Shown piece by piece: positions 8,315-17,219 of a DNA stretch of 32,000 nucleotides (its first letter is position 1; every line of letters begins with the position of its first letter). Position numbers and translations under genes: made by a program. The notes under the pieces were generated by a model. The model was not told the DNA's origin. It saw only the letters and a list, made by a program, of their open reading frames with translations, and searched no databases. The stretch is from Candidatus Saccharimonadota bacterium (GTDB taxonomy: Bacteria; Patescibacteriota; Saccharimonadia; Saccharimonadales; UBA4665), in assembly GCA_016699955.1 (NCBI GenBank), contig CP064993.1, forward strand, positions 450,001 through 482,000, in the 5' to 3' direction.

Positions 8315-8942
8315 AGCGATACTGTTTGACTTAGATGGGACGCTCCGGGATACCAAAGATATCATCATTGAGGGGTATATGCATGCTGTCGAGAGGCACA
8401 GTGGATACCGGCCTTCACTGGAAGAACTGCAACCGTATATTCACCACCATACAGAGGTACACAGAGGTCTTTCGTCGGAAGTTGACTATGGCGACTGGCT
8501 TGAGACGTACCGGTTAAAAATTGAGGGTGCCTGGAGGGACTCGCCGTTCTTTGAACATGCCGAGGCGGTGTTAGAAGAGCTAAAAATGGCAGGATATCGG
8601 CTGGCAGTCGTGACCTCAGCTGACTACGATCGAACGATTGAATACCTGAGCTACCGGAATGTTGACCAGTTTTTTGAAGTCGTCGTTGCGATGCGCGAAG
8701 GTTTTAGGCCGAAACCGGCGCCCGACATGATGGTGGAGGCGTTACGACAGCTTGGTTGTAAGCCAGGTGAATCAATTACGGTTGGCGATATGGTTACCGA
8801 TTGCCAAGCGGCCAAAGCAGCCGGTATTCCATTTGTTGGTATTACCCACGGCTTTGCCTCGCGTGAAGAACTTAGTGCAATCGGCGCGGATTACCTAGTT
8901 GATTCGTTGGCAGAAATACCCGCACTGCTCACGCAGCGCTAG
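8298..8942 (+). CDS. HAD-family hydrolase, tandem paralog
   Basis: ILFDLDGTLRDT, VVTSA, KPAPDM and VGDMVTDCQAAKAAG. The C-terminus GITHGF.SREEL...GADY.VDSLAE is shared with the upstream gene. It overlaps that gene by 17 nt. Confidence 0.85.
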   Translation: MMASVKAILFDLDGTLRDTKDIIIEGYMHAVERHSGYRPSLEELQPYIHHHTEVHRGLSSEVDYGDWLETYRLKIEGAWRDSPFFEHAEAVLEELKMAGYRLAVVTSADYDRTIEYLSYRNVDQFFEVVVAMREGFRPKPAPDMMVEALRQLGCKPGESITVGDMVTDCQAAKAAGIPFVGITHGFASREELSAIGADYLVDSLAEIPALLTQR

Positions 8943-8957
8943 CGCTATACTCGACTT

Positions 8958-9066
8958 ATAAAACCCGAACCCGGCGTATGCGAGCACCACTCCTTAAGGC
9001 TTCGTTCTCGCTCCCTGGATGTCTGAACGCGTGAAGAGTGGTGCATACTCCGGGCTGGGGTTATAC
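8958..9066. repeat. Dispersed intergenic repeat, palindromic copy C (long hairpin)
   Basis: The arms aacccgaacccggcgtatgcgagcaccactc (8962-8992) and gagtggtgcatactccgggctggggtt (9036-9062) are reverse complements, with about 24 paired positions and a 3-nt bulge. Read on the minus strand, it aligns with the copies at 25501-25587 and 21152-21240 (GAGCGAG...TACGCCGGGTTCGGGTT). Confidence 0.7.
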
Positions 9067-9073
9067 TAAGCTT

Positions 9074-10297
9074 ATGTATAGGGCAGGAGAGCGTCCTCGT
9101 AGGTATAGAAGGCAACTTTTAATTGCGGTTGGGGCCGTGTTTGTTGGTACGGCTGGGTGCGCTGCGGCTTATCGCTTTACCCCGCAGCAACCACCACCCT
9201 GGAATGCACCACAGCTTAAATCAAAGGCGTATGTTACGACAGTCAGCTCGAACGTACTTTTTACCGGCAATTCATATTTTAGTCGCTACATAAACGATCA
9301 CGCTATGAAAAGCGAGCTCAAGTATGCCTATCCATTTTCCCGTCTCAGTGAATTCCACCGTGAGCAGTACGATGAATGGGTGACTGGGCTCGAATGCCCC
9401 ACGGTCGCTGGTTTGCAACAAACCTCGGCACAGGAAGACGCAACGCTGTCATTCAACTGTAATCCGCAGTATTTGCCTGAGCTAGTAAAGTGGTTTGGCG
9501 TTGTGACGCTGGCAAATAACCATACTGACAACCAAGGCGCTGCCGGTTTTACGGAAACAAAAATGCATTTGGAGGAAAACAACATTCAATATTTCGGCCA
9601 CCCTGACCCGCGTGAGCTCGAAGACATTTGTGAGGTCATATCGCTGCCCGCCACTGTAGCTACCAGTGACAAAAAAACGACAAAAGGCTTTTTGCCCGTT
9701 GCCATGTGCGGCTATCATGGGTTTATACGTCTACCGCTGCCTGACTCTATCGCAGTAATGAAAAAGTACAGTACATACATGCCTGTCATTGCTATGCCGC
9801 ATGCTGGTACGGAGTATCGCTCTAGCCCTGAGAGGGTGAAGGTAGACCTTTATCGTTCTATGATAGATAATGGCGCAGACATGGTGCTGGGAGACCATCC
9901 GCACGTTGTGCAGCCGAGTGAGGCATACAAAGGCCATCCCATCTTCTACTCTATGGGCAACTTTATTTTTGACCAGCAGGTCGCACCAGAAATGACTCGT
10001 TCGGCGGCCATAAATGTCAAGTTTACAGTAAACGGCGCTGATGCAGCTCAACTGAACAAGTGGCTTGCAGTTGGCAAAATGTGCAACGCATATCATGATG
10101 ATTGTCTTGCGAGAATACAGCAAGCCGGCTTACAAAAATTGCCCTATAACTTCATGTTCGATATTATCGGCAGCGATGACCTGGGCTACATAACAAAACC
10201 AGCATCTTCTGAGGTGCAAGCCGGCATATTACAGCGTCTCAACTGGGAGCAGGTAAAAACCCAGCTTCAGCCGCCATATTTTGCGAATAGCAAGTGA
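9074..10297 (+). CDS. CapA/PGA_cap-family metallophosphoesterase-like protein, membrane anchored
   Basis: N-terminal TM segment (LLIAVGAVFVGTAG). ANNHTDNQG and GDHPHVVQP...FYSMGNFIFDQ are CapA-family motifs. I prefer ATG 9074 over 9038 because 8958-9066 is a repeat element. Confidence 0.82.
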   Translation: MYRAGERPRRYRRQLLIAVGAVFVGTAGCAAAYRFTPQQPPPWNAPQLKSKAYVTTVSSNVLFTGNSYFSRYINDHAMKSELKYAYPFSRLSEFHREQYDEWVTGLECPTVAGLQQTSAQEDATLSFNCNPQYLPELVKWFGVVTLANNHTDNQGAAGFTETKMHLEENNIQYFGHPDPRELEDICEVISLPATVATSDKKTTKGFLPVAMCGYHGFIRLPLPDSIAVMKKYSTYMPVIAMPHAGTEYRSSPERVKVDLYRSMIDNGADMVLGDHPHVVQPSEAYKGHPIFYSMGNFIFDQQVAPEMTRSAAINVKFTVNGADAAQLNKWLAVGKMCNAYHDDCLARIQQAGLQKLPYNFMFDIIGSDDLGYITKPASSEVQAGILQRLNWEQVKTQLQPPYFANSK

Positions 10298-10347
10298 TTT
10301 TAGATTCTGTCTTTCATCTTATGCCAAGTATCTTCTATACTACTGCC

Positions 10348-10692
10348 ATGACACATAAGGAAGTAGAAGAGTATTTGCTTAGCATGCCTAACAGCTACCT
10401 AGACTATCCATTTGGCGAGGGAGTTGCCGTGTACAAGGTGGGCGATGCGACTAGAGCAAAAGAAGGTAAGATGTTTGCGCTGATTGCGGAGGGTAAAACT
10501 CCACTCAACTTGAGCCTGAAGTGCGATCCTCAACTCGCCGAGGTGCTGAGAGAAAAGTACGAAACGGTGTTACCGGGCTATCACTTAAACAAAAAACATT
10601 GGAACACTCTCGTTCTGTCTGGCCAACTACCCAAAGAAGAAATCCTAGGACTTATTCGCCACAGCTACCAACTCGTTACAGGGGTAAATTAA
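10348..10692 (+). CDS. MmcQ/YjbR-family protein
   Basis: YLDYPFGEGVAVYKVG..KMFALI...LNLSLKCDP...LPGYHLNKKHWNTL matches the YjbR/MmcQ pattern. ATG 10348 is preferred; the ORF is open from 10294. Confidence 0.82.
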   Translation: MTHKEVEEYLLSMPNSYLDYPFGEGVAVYKVGDATRAKEGKMFALIAEGKTPLNLSLKCDPQLAEVLREKYETVLPGYHLNKKHWNTLVLSGQLPKEEILGLIRHSYQLVTGVN

Positions 10693-10745
10693 CCTAGTAG
10701 ATGGTGAGTCTGACGTCTGGGGTTTTGCCTAAAACCGGTAAACGG

Positions 10746-11450
10746 TTATCGACTTTGCAAGGTTTTTGCTTGGTCGTAGAGTACCTTACCAGAATCAAAA
10801 CTTTGGCGGAGAAGCTCCCTGAGCTTTTGATTATTGGTGCTTTTGTAAATATCTTGAACATCGCTCAAATATGTTTCAAGCTCAGCGGTGAGCACTTTGT
10901 GTAGTGCCGCATCGAATGTACTAGTTGCCTTGGCTGCATCTAAAGTTTTATCTGTGGCAGGGTCTTGTTTGAGATTCATTTGCTTCAAATCCAAATCAGC
11001 CCCTGTATCATTTATGTACTCAGTTAGTTGGGATAGACTTGTGCTAATGCTTAGCTCTGTGGTGTAGCAAAATCCTTTTGTGTCCTCGGTAGCCGCTTGC
11101 CGTTCACAGAGCGCTGCAATGCGAACAATTTCTTGTTGCTGCTGAGCAATACCAACGAGGTTAGTAGAAGAAGTCCCTTTTGGCAGAAGCATTACAACTA
11201 CCATACCCACGACTAGTATGATGCTCGCAATAACCACTGTTATAAGCAGGAGTTTTTTTGTTTGGCTGCGACCGCTTAGACTCGATTTGTGACTTGAGCC
11301 CTGCGGGTTTACGATAAAATCGTATGGGTTTACCGCCGCGGGAGGTGTTTGATTATATGATGGTGCGATTTGCTGCGTCGACCCATAGCTGGGGTATGCC
11401 GGCGGCGCCGGCGGCGACTGCCCATAATTTGGTTCTTTTGGATTCATCAT
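10746..11450 (-). CDS. Hypothetical single-pass membrane protein with a Pro/Tyr/Gln-rich N-terminus
   Basis: 234-aa ORF. The disordered N-terminus (PPAPPAYPSYGSTQQ...NPYDFI) is followed by one TM helix (LLLITVVIASIILVVGMVVVMLL), then a helical ectodomain. No family recognised. Confidence 0.7.
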   Translation of the reverse strand: MMNPKEPNYGQSPPAPPAYPSYGSTQQIAPSYNQTPPAAVNPYDFIVNPQGSSHKSSLSGRSQTKKLLLITVVIASIILVVGMVVVMLLPKGTSSTNLVGIAQQQQEIVRIAALCERQAATEDTKGFCYTTELSISTSLSQLTEYINDTGADLDLKQMNLKQDPATDKTLDAAKATSTFDAALHKVLTAELETYLSDVQDIYKSTNNQKLRELLRQSFDSGKVLYDQAKTLQSR

Positions 11451-11528
11451 GCTTATGGTACGGGAGTTCAGAGGTAACAGTCAAGGCACAAGACGTTTGC
11501 GTGGTATTTTAATCTGTAACGCTTGCCT

Positions 11529-11556
11529 AACTACAAACTACTAACTACTATCTACT
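11529..11556 (+). repeat. Degenerate heptamer tandem array abutting the dnaG start
   Basis: aactaca (11529-35), aactact (11536-42), aactact (11543-49), atctact (11550-56). Embedded candidate promoter: TTGCCT (11523-28), 17-nt spacer, TACTAT (11546-51). Confidence 0.5.
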
Positions 11557-11562
11557 ATATAG

Positions 11563-13344
11563 ATGGATGCAAAGGAAGAGGTACGGGAGCGGCTGGCGAT
11601 AGAAGACGTTATTGGTGAATACGTCCAGCTTAAGCGTGCCGGGCGGACATGGAAAGGCCTCAGTCCATTTACCAGTGAGAAAACGCCGAGCTTTGTGGTG
11701 AGCCCAGACAAACAGATATGGCACGATTTTAGCAGTGGTCGCGGTGGTGATATTTTTACATTCATCCAGGAAGTTGAAGGCGTTGATTTTGTTGGCGCGC
11801 TTGATATTTTAGCTCGCCGCGCTGGAATTGACCTTGAACAATACCGTCAGGTAGGGGTGAAAGGCCCAACTTCACAAACTAAGGAGCGCCTGTATGAGGC
11901 AAATGAATGGGCATGCAAGTTTTACCAAATGCAGTTTAGTAAAAATATAACTGCACTGCAGTACGTACTACGGCAGCGGGAGTTTACGAAAGAAACCGCC
12001 CTCCAGTGGCGGCTGGGATACTCGCCGAACACTGGTCGGGCACTACTGGATTTTCTGCTGGGTAAAGCATTCACTGAGAAGGAAATCAAATTGGCGGGAC
12101 TGACGAGCCAGGCGTACCGCGGTGGGTTGCAAGATATGTTCCGCGGGAGGCTTATGATCCCATTGTGCGACCCGCAGGGGCGAGTAGTTGGCTTTACGGC
12201 ACGTCTGCTCGACGATGACCCCGCTGCGCCAAAGTACATCAACACTCCGGGAACGCCACTTTATGATAAAAGCCGACACATTTTTGGGCTGCATTTTGCG
12301 AAAGAAGCCATACGCAAAGGAAAATACGCAGTACTCACCGAAGGTAATCTTGACGTTATACAGAGCCACCAAGCGGGTGTAAGGCAAGTAGTGGCGACGG
12401 CTGGGACGGCGCTAACCGAACCAAACCTTAAGGCACTGTCGCGTTTGTCGGGTGACATACGTCTGTGTTTTGACGCCGATAAGGCTGGTCTAGCCGCAAC
12501 CGAGCGGGCAATACCTATCGCCGGGAAAGTGGGAGGCATACAGCTCAGTGTTATCAATATACCGAGCGGTAAAGACCCAGATGAACTCATTAAACAAGAT
12601 GTGCAGGTTTGGCAAAGTATCATCGAGCAACCACACTACGCGGTGGATTGGCTGATAGATCGCTACGGTTCGATATTGGATCTCTCTACGGCACTCGGCA
12701 AGCGTGAGCTGAGCGATGTCGTGTTGCGTGTTGTGAGACAATTGCCTGATAAAGTTGAACAAGATCACTATGTTGCTCGCCTGGCCGGGCTACTACAAGT
12801 GAGTAAAGAGGCGCTTGCAACCAAGCTCGCTAGTACGCCTGACGAAACTGGACCGGTGCGCCGTCGGGCATCCCAGGTGAAACTCACCCCTGTTGAAAAA
12901 GCCATCTCAGACAAAGTGAAAACAGAAGAACACCTTATGGCACTCACGCTCATGAAGCCAAACCTGCGCACCATGTTGTACCCACTCGACCCTGATATGT
13001 TCACTGATGACGATGCCCGACATGCTTTTGAGTTTCTGGCCAGTCACCCCGAGTTTGACGGGAGTGATCAAGACGAGGTGCAACAGATTGCAGAGTATGC
13101 TAAAATATTGTCATTAGTCTATGAGACGCTGTATCAGGATATCGAGCCGCTCGAGCTTCGAGCCGAAGCGAAACGTTTGCAGGCTGCGCTGATACACCAA
13201 TATGTGAAAATGCAAAAACAAAAGCTGAGCGCAGCATTGCAAACAGCCAATTCCGAGGAAGAAAGCGAATTGCTTAAACAAGCACGCGACCTCGACCATT
13301 TATTACGAATAGAGCAAGGAGACACGAGTGGCACCGAAATATGA
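11563..13344 (+). CDS. dnaG: DNA primase DnaG (zinc-ribbon ligands absent)
   Basis: EKTPSFVV...GRGGDIFTF (zinc-binding-domain scaffold), the TOPRIM segment (VLTEGNLDVIQSHQAG...CFDADKAG) and a C-terminal helicase-interaction region. Followed directly by rpoD. Confidence 0.95.
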   Translation: MDAKEEVRERLAIEDVIGEYVQLKRAGRTWKGLSPFTSEKTPSFVVSPDKQIWHDFSSGRGGDIFTFIQEVEGVDFVGALDILARRAGIDLEQYRQVGVKGPTSQTKERLYEANEWACKFYQMQFSKNITALQYVLRQREFTKETALQWRLGYSPNTGRALLDFLLGKAFTEKEIKLAGLTSQAYRGGLQDMFRGRLMIPLCDPQGRVVGFTARLLDDDPAAPKYINTPGTPLYDKSRHIFGLHFAKEAIRKGKYAVLTEGNLDVIQSHQAGVRQVVATAGTALTEPNLKALSRLSGDIRLCFDADKAGLAATERAIPIAGKVGGIQLSVINIPSGKDPDELIKQDVQVWQSIIEQPHYAVDWLIDRYGSILDLSTALGKRELSDVVLRVVRQLPDKVEQDHYVARLAGLLQVSKEALATKLASTPDETGPVRRRASQVKLTPVEKAISDKVKTEEHLMALTLMKPNLRTMLYPLDPDMFTDDDARHAFEFLASHPEFDGSDQDEVQQIAEYAKILSLVYETLYQDIEPLELRAEAKRLQAALIHQYVKMQKQKLSAALQTANSEEESELLKQARDLDHLLRIEQGDTSGTEI

Positions 13345-13431
13345 TGATAAGGCAAAGTTTGTGCAAGCGAGAGCGACTTTATTAGAGAAGGCGAAAAAGC
13401 TGGAAGTATCGAAGCAAAAGAAATCTCGGAC

Positions 13432-14439
13432 TTGCTTCCCGACACGCCTGTAAATGTGGAAGCGCTAGATGCGCTGTACACCGAGCTGACGGAGGCGGGC
13501 GTAGATGTCATAGCACCGGAAGAGCCGGCTTTGACCGACCTCAGTGACGAGTGGCTCATCGAAGAAGAGGAAGAAATTGTACTTGAGGATCAGACATATC
13601 TCGATGATATTGCCGATGATTCGGTGCGGCTGTACTTGCGTGAAATTGGTAAGATTCCACTGCTAAACGCTGAGGAAGAATTGGCGCTGGCGCAGCGCGT
13701 TGTTGCTGGCGAAAAAGAGGCCAAAGACCAGATGGCGGAAGCAAATATGCGGCTTGTAGTTTCAATTGCTAAGCGCTATGTTGGTCGGGGGCTTGATTTA
13801 CTTGATCTCATTCAAGAAGGCAACACGGGGCTTCTGCGCGCAGTCGAGAAATTTGACCCAGATAAAGGGTTTAAGTTTAGCACGTATGCTACCTGGTGGA
13901 TTAGGCAGGCAATTACCCGTGCCATAGCTGACCAAGCCCGCACCATTCGCATACCGGTACACATGGTCGAAACCATCAACAAGCTGCTCCGCACGCAGCG
14001 TCGTTTGACCCAGGAGTACAACCGCGAGCCAACCAACGCCGAGATTGCCCGCGAAATGGAAATCGACGAAGCAAAAGTTGAGCATATTATGAAAATTAAG
14101 CAGGATATTTCTTCACTCGACGCCAGCATACGCGACGACGAGGAAGAGTCAGTCCTCTCCGACTTTATCGAAGACGAAGACACGATCACGCCCGAAGAAT
14201 CGGCCACAGGGCAGTTGCTAAAAGAGCAAGTAAAAGACATGCTGTCGGCGTTGACCGAACGCGAGCAGAAAATTCTCAAACTCCGTTTTGGCCTAGAAGA
14301 CGGCAAGCAGCACACCCTTGAAGAGGTGGGGCAAGAGTTCTCGGTTACCCGTGAGCGCATACGACAAATCGAAGCTAAGGCTCTCGCAAAACTCCGCAAG
14401 CACAAAGACGCACGCAAACTACACGACTATATCAAGTAG
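13432..14439 (+). CDS. rpoD: RNA polymerase primary sigma factor RpoD/SigA (contiguous ORF; the true 5' end probably lies in another frame from GTG 13328)
   Basis: [77 protein letters not shown] and [24 protein letters not shown] cover regions 1.2-4.2 of group-1 sigma factors. See the finding on the 5' frame split. Confidence 0.95.
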   Translation: MLPDTPVNVEALDALYTELTEAGVDVIAPEEPALTDLSDEWLIEEEEEIVLEDQTYLDDIADDSVRLYLREIGKIPLLNAEEELALAQRVVAGEKEAKDQMAEANMRLVVSIAKRYVGRGLDLLDLIQEGNTGLLRAVEKFDPDKGFKFSTYATWWIRQAITRAIADQARTIRIPVHMVETINKLLRTQRRLTQEYNREPTNAEIAREMEIDEAKVEHIMKIKQDISSLDASIRDDEEESVLSDFIEDEDTITPEESATGQLLKEQVKDMLSALTEREQKILKLRFGLEDGKQHTLEEVGQEFSVTRERIRQIEAKALAKLRKHKDARKLHDYIK

Positions 14440-14455
14440 AAGGGGGTCAAGAAGT

Positions 14456-14737
14456 ATGGGACGAAAAAAATATCTACTGTTCGCGGGAATTTGTTTTGTG
14501 TTAGCAGTTATATTTATCCCCACATTCTTAATCGGGGTCAGTATCATTGTACCTGTTTTCTTATGGCTCGGTATCTTTTTTGTCATCAAATGGTTTAGTG
14601 ATAGGGCACAAAACCCGAGACCAGAGGAGCAGGTACCTGACACCCCGTACCCGAGCATACGACAAGACAATGGCGCTGTGCCCCGACGCATAAGCAAGAC
14701 ATCCAAAACAATTGATTCCAAGGTTAAGCAAAGTTAG
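14456..14737 (+). CDS. Small membrane protein (two predicted TM helices)
   Basis: ATG 14456 is preceded by AAGGGGG. MGRKKYLLFAGICFVLAVIFIPTFLIGVSIIVPVFLWLGIFFVIKWF is followed by a polar tail. The upstream part of the track ORF (14318-14455) overlaps rpoD and is discounted. Confidence 0.6.
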   Translation: MGRKKYLLFAGICFVLAVIFIPTFLIGVSIIVPVFLWLGIFFVIKWFSDRAQNPRPEEQVPDTPYPSIRQDNGAVPRRISKTSKTIDSKVKQS

Positions 14738-14814
14738 TACGGGCTCCAGTTTCCCCCTGGCCTAAATGTTTGACGCCGTGTTACACTTGAAAAGTAGTAT
14801 TTAAGGGAGGAAGT

Positions 14815-16419
14815 ATGAAACTTTTTGGTGCATCGCTCGTGACGCTCGGGCTAATTTTTTCTTTTGTATTTTTCATAATTGTACTCATTTTGCTCCAGCA
14901 GGACGCAATGAATGTTTGGCTGGCGATGGGCCTCACGGTTGTGTTCAACTTCATCATGTGGCTGGTCGGGCCATGGGTAACGGACTGGATTAATAAGTTT
15001 TTCTATAAAGTTGAGTTTTTGACTCCGGAGCAGGTTGCGCAGCGGTATCCGACAATTGCACCTACGATTCAGCAGGTGAGTAGTGAGTACAATTTTAAAT
15101 ATCCAAAAGTCGGGATAATACCAGATAACAACCCGACAGCCTTTTGCTATGGGAGCGGGCGATATAACTCACGGCTGGTTGTGACACAGGGTCTTTTTAA
15201 ATACCTAAACGAGGGCGAACAGCGCGCGGTCGTAGCACACGAAATGGGACACATTGTGAACCGTGACTTTATTGTGATGATGGTTGCGAGTACGCTGGTT
15301 CAGCTGCTGTACGAAATGTATTATTGGCTTACGAGGAGTAAGGGCGATAGAAAAAATAATCTGGCGGCGATTGGGTTTATTGCCTATATCCTGTATGTAA
15401 TCGCCTCATATTTGCTACTTTATCTGAGCCGGACGCGTGAGAAACTCGCAGATATCTTTGGCGCTCAGGTTGCTGATCCTGAAGATCTCAGTAATGCGCT
15501 TATAAAAATAGCCTACGGCATTGTGAGCGAGGAAGACAGCGGTGCAACAACCAGACTACTGCACAGTACTCGGCACATGGGGCTGGTCGATGTTAAAGAT
15601 GCCAAACATGCTGGTGGTGTTTCATACATCACGAACAACGACAGCCAGGCCGTTACAGAAGCAATGCTCTTTGACGCCTACAGCCCATGGGCGAAACTGA
15701 TTGAGCTGAACTCTACGCATCCGTTGACAGGCAATCGCATAAAGGCACTGAGCAAGATGCCAAGCAAATCTGGCCGTCCGTTTAGTTACAACGTAGAAGC
15801 AGCGGCCAGTCGAGTAATGCTCGATAAGCGGCGACTGTGGAATGTGCTTTGGAGCGATCTTGCTGTCATGGGCATGCCCTACGCCGTGGCTATTGCGGTA
15901 GGACTTGTTTCTAGGAACTGGGGTATTGGTATTGCGACATTTGGAATCGCGCTTGTGTTAAAAACCATGTACAGGTACCCGAGCGGCACCCCAGCACAAA
16001 CCTCGGTGCTTGGTGAGATGCGCAACCCATACGCATCTCCGCTTAGAGGTAAATACGTGTCTTTGCAGGGTGCGGCCGTTGGTCGCGGTGTTCCTGGCTT
16101 TGTTTTTGGCGAGGACTTGATGTATCAAGACAAAACGGGACTGATTTTTATGGATTACCACTCTGCCTTCAGTTTTTTTGGGAACATATTTTTTGCGCTG
16201 AAAAAGGTAAAAAAGTTGCTCGGTCAACCCTCGGTTGCAACGGGCTGGTTTTACAGAAGTATTGCATCGTCCTTGATATTGCGCCGAATAGACGTAGACG
16301 GGCAGCCAAAGCCCATACGTAGTCGTCGACGTGAGTGGTCTTTTGTCTGGGCTTTTTTGCTCATAGCGCTCGGCGTCTTCATCGCCATCCTACAAACAGG
16401 TTCCAGTAGCACCCTGTAG
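14815..16419 (+). CDS. M48-family (HtpX-like) zinc metalloprotease with extended multi-TM C-terminal region
   Basis: N-terminal TM helices, NPTAFCYG, and the HExxH motif in VVAHEMGHIVNRD. SD GGGAGG lies upstream. At 534 aa it is much longer than typical HtpX. Confidence 0.87.
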   Translation: MKLFGASLVTLGLIFSFVFFIIVLILLQQDAMNVWLAMGLTVVFNFIMWLVGPWVTDWINKFFYKVEFLTPEQVAQRYPTIAPTIQQVSSEYNFKYPKVGIIPDNNPTAFCYGSGRYNSRLVVTQGLFKYLNEGEQRAVVAHEMGHIVNRDFIVMMVASTLVQLLYEMYYWLTRSKGDRKNNLAAIGFIAYILYVIASYLLLYLSRTREKLADIFGAQVADPEDLSNALIKIAYGIVSEEDSGATTRLLHSTRHMGLVDVKDAKHAGGVSYITNNDSQAVTEAMLFDAYSPWAKLIELNSTHPLTGNRIKALSKMPSKSGRPFSYNVEAAASRVMLDKRRLWNVLWSDLAVMGMPYAVAIAVGLVSRNWGIGIATFGIALVLKTMYRYPSGTPAQTSVLGEMRNPYASPLRGKYVSLQGAAVGRGVPGFVFGEDLMYQDKTGLIFMDYHSAFSFFGNIFFALKKVKKLLGQPSVATGWFYRSIASSLILRRIDVDGQPKPIRSRRREWSFVWAFLLIALGVFIAILQTGSSSTL

Positions 16420-17195
16420 TGTCAGATACATTCGACTCTCAACCCCTTGGTGCAATCTTTGATGTAGACGATACATTGCTGGATAACTATCCCAAGCAGC
16501 ACAAGTATGGGTTACATGAGTATGCACGCTTGCTCGCTATGCGGGAAATTGGCAATAAGTATGGCTTGCGGCAGCTTGCAGAACTTAGCGAAGAGCAAAA
16601 CAGAACGGTGCTCGCGCGGGCGTACGAACACAGCATAGAGGGTAACATTTGGCAGCTTTTTTATGAGTTTGGTTTGGTCGGCACCCCAATAATAGAGCAC
16701 GAGCATGCTTTGCTAAGAGAAGTTGCTGTTCGGAAGCATGAGCTTTACGAACCGGTGTTGCGTGAGTTTGGGGCACCACTGCCGAAAGCGGTTGAGTTTG
16801 TGCGGGCAGTCTATGTTTTGACTAATGGCAAAATTGCCATTGCGAGTGGTGCGCGCAGGGCAGACGTAGCTGCTTTTTTGCAGATGAGCGGCATGGAGGC
16901 TTTATTTGAAAACCGAAGGGTAATTGCGCGGGAAGATTTTGCCCAAGCCAAACCCAATCCCGAATCTTTCGAAAAAGCGTTTCAATCGCTTGATTTGCCC
17001 GACAAACAGAGAGGTTTGGTACTAGCATTTGAAGACGACCCAAAGGGAGTTACTTCGGCTAAACAAGCGGGGTTATGTGTGTGTGCTATTACCTCTCGTT
17101 TTGACAGGACTGCGTTGTTAAATGGTGAGTGCGCCCCTGACCTTATTCGCGAAAGTTACGTCGACTTCGCAACCACGCTTGGCATATTGTTATAG
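16419..17195 (+). CDS. HAD-family hydrolase
   Basis: IFDVDDTLLDNY (motif I), IASGA (motif II), KPNPESF and FEDDPKGVTSAKQAG (motifs III/IV). The GTG start overlaps the preceding TAG. Confidence 0.8.
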   Translation: MSDTFDSQPLGAIFDVDDTLLDNYPKQHKYGLHEYARLLAMREIGNKYGLRQLAELSEEQNRTVLARAYEHSIEGNIWQLFYEFGLVGTPIIEHEHALLREVAVRKHELYEPVLREFGAPLPKAVEFVRAVYVLTNGKIAIASGARRADVAAFLQMSGMEALFENRRVIAREDFAQAKPNPESFEKAFQSLDLPDKQRGLVLAFEDDPKGVTSAKQAGLCVCAITSRFDRTALLNGECAPDLIRESYVDFATTLGILL

Positions 17196-17219
17196 CGCCA
17201 TCAGGCGTTAGCTGGTTGG

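Noticed and set aside
10721-10736. ggtttt-gcct-aaaacc hairpin between convergent genes, considered as a bidirectional terminator
   Set aside because: It is only a 6-bp AU-rich stem with no U-tract on either side, which is too weak to call.
13134-14417. 141-aa and 201-aa minus-strand ORFs
   Set aside because: They are antisense to the dnaG 3' end and rpoD. They are Ser-rich and low-complexity, typical of shadow ORFs opposite strongly biased coding sequence.
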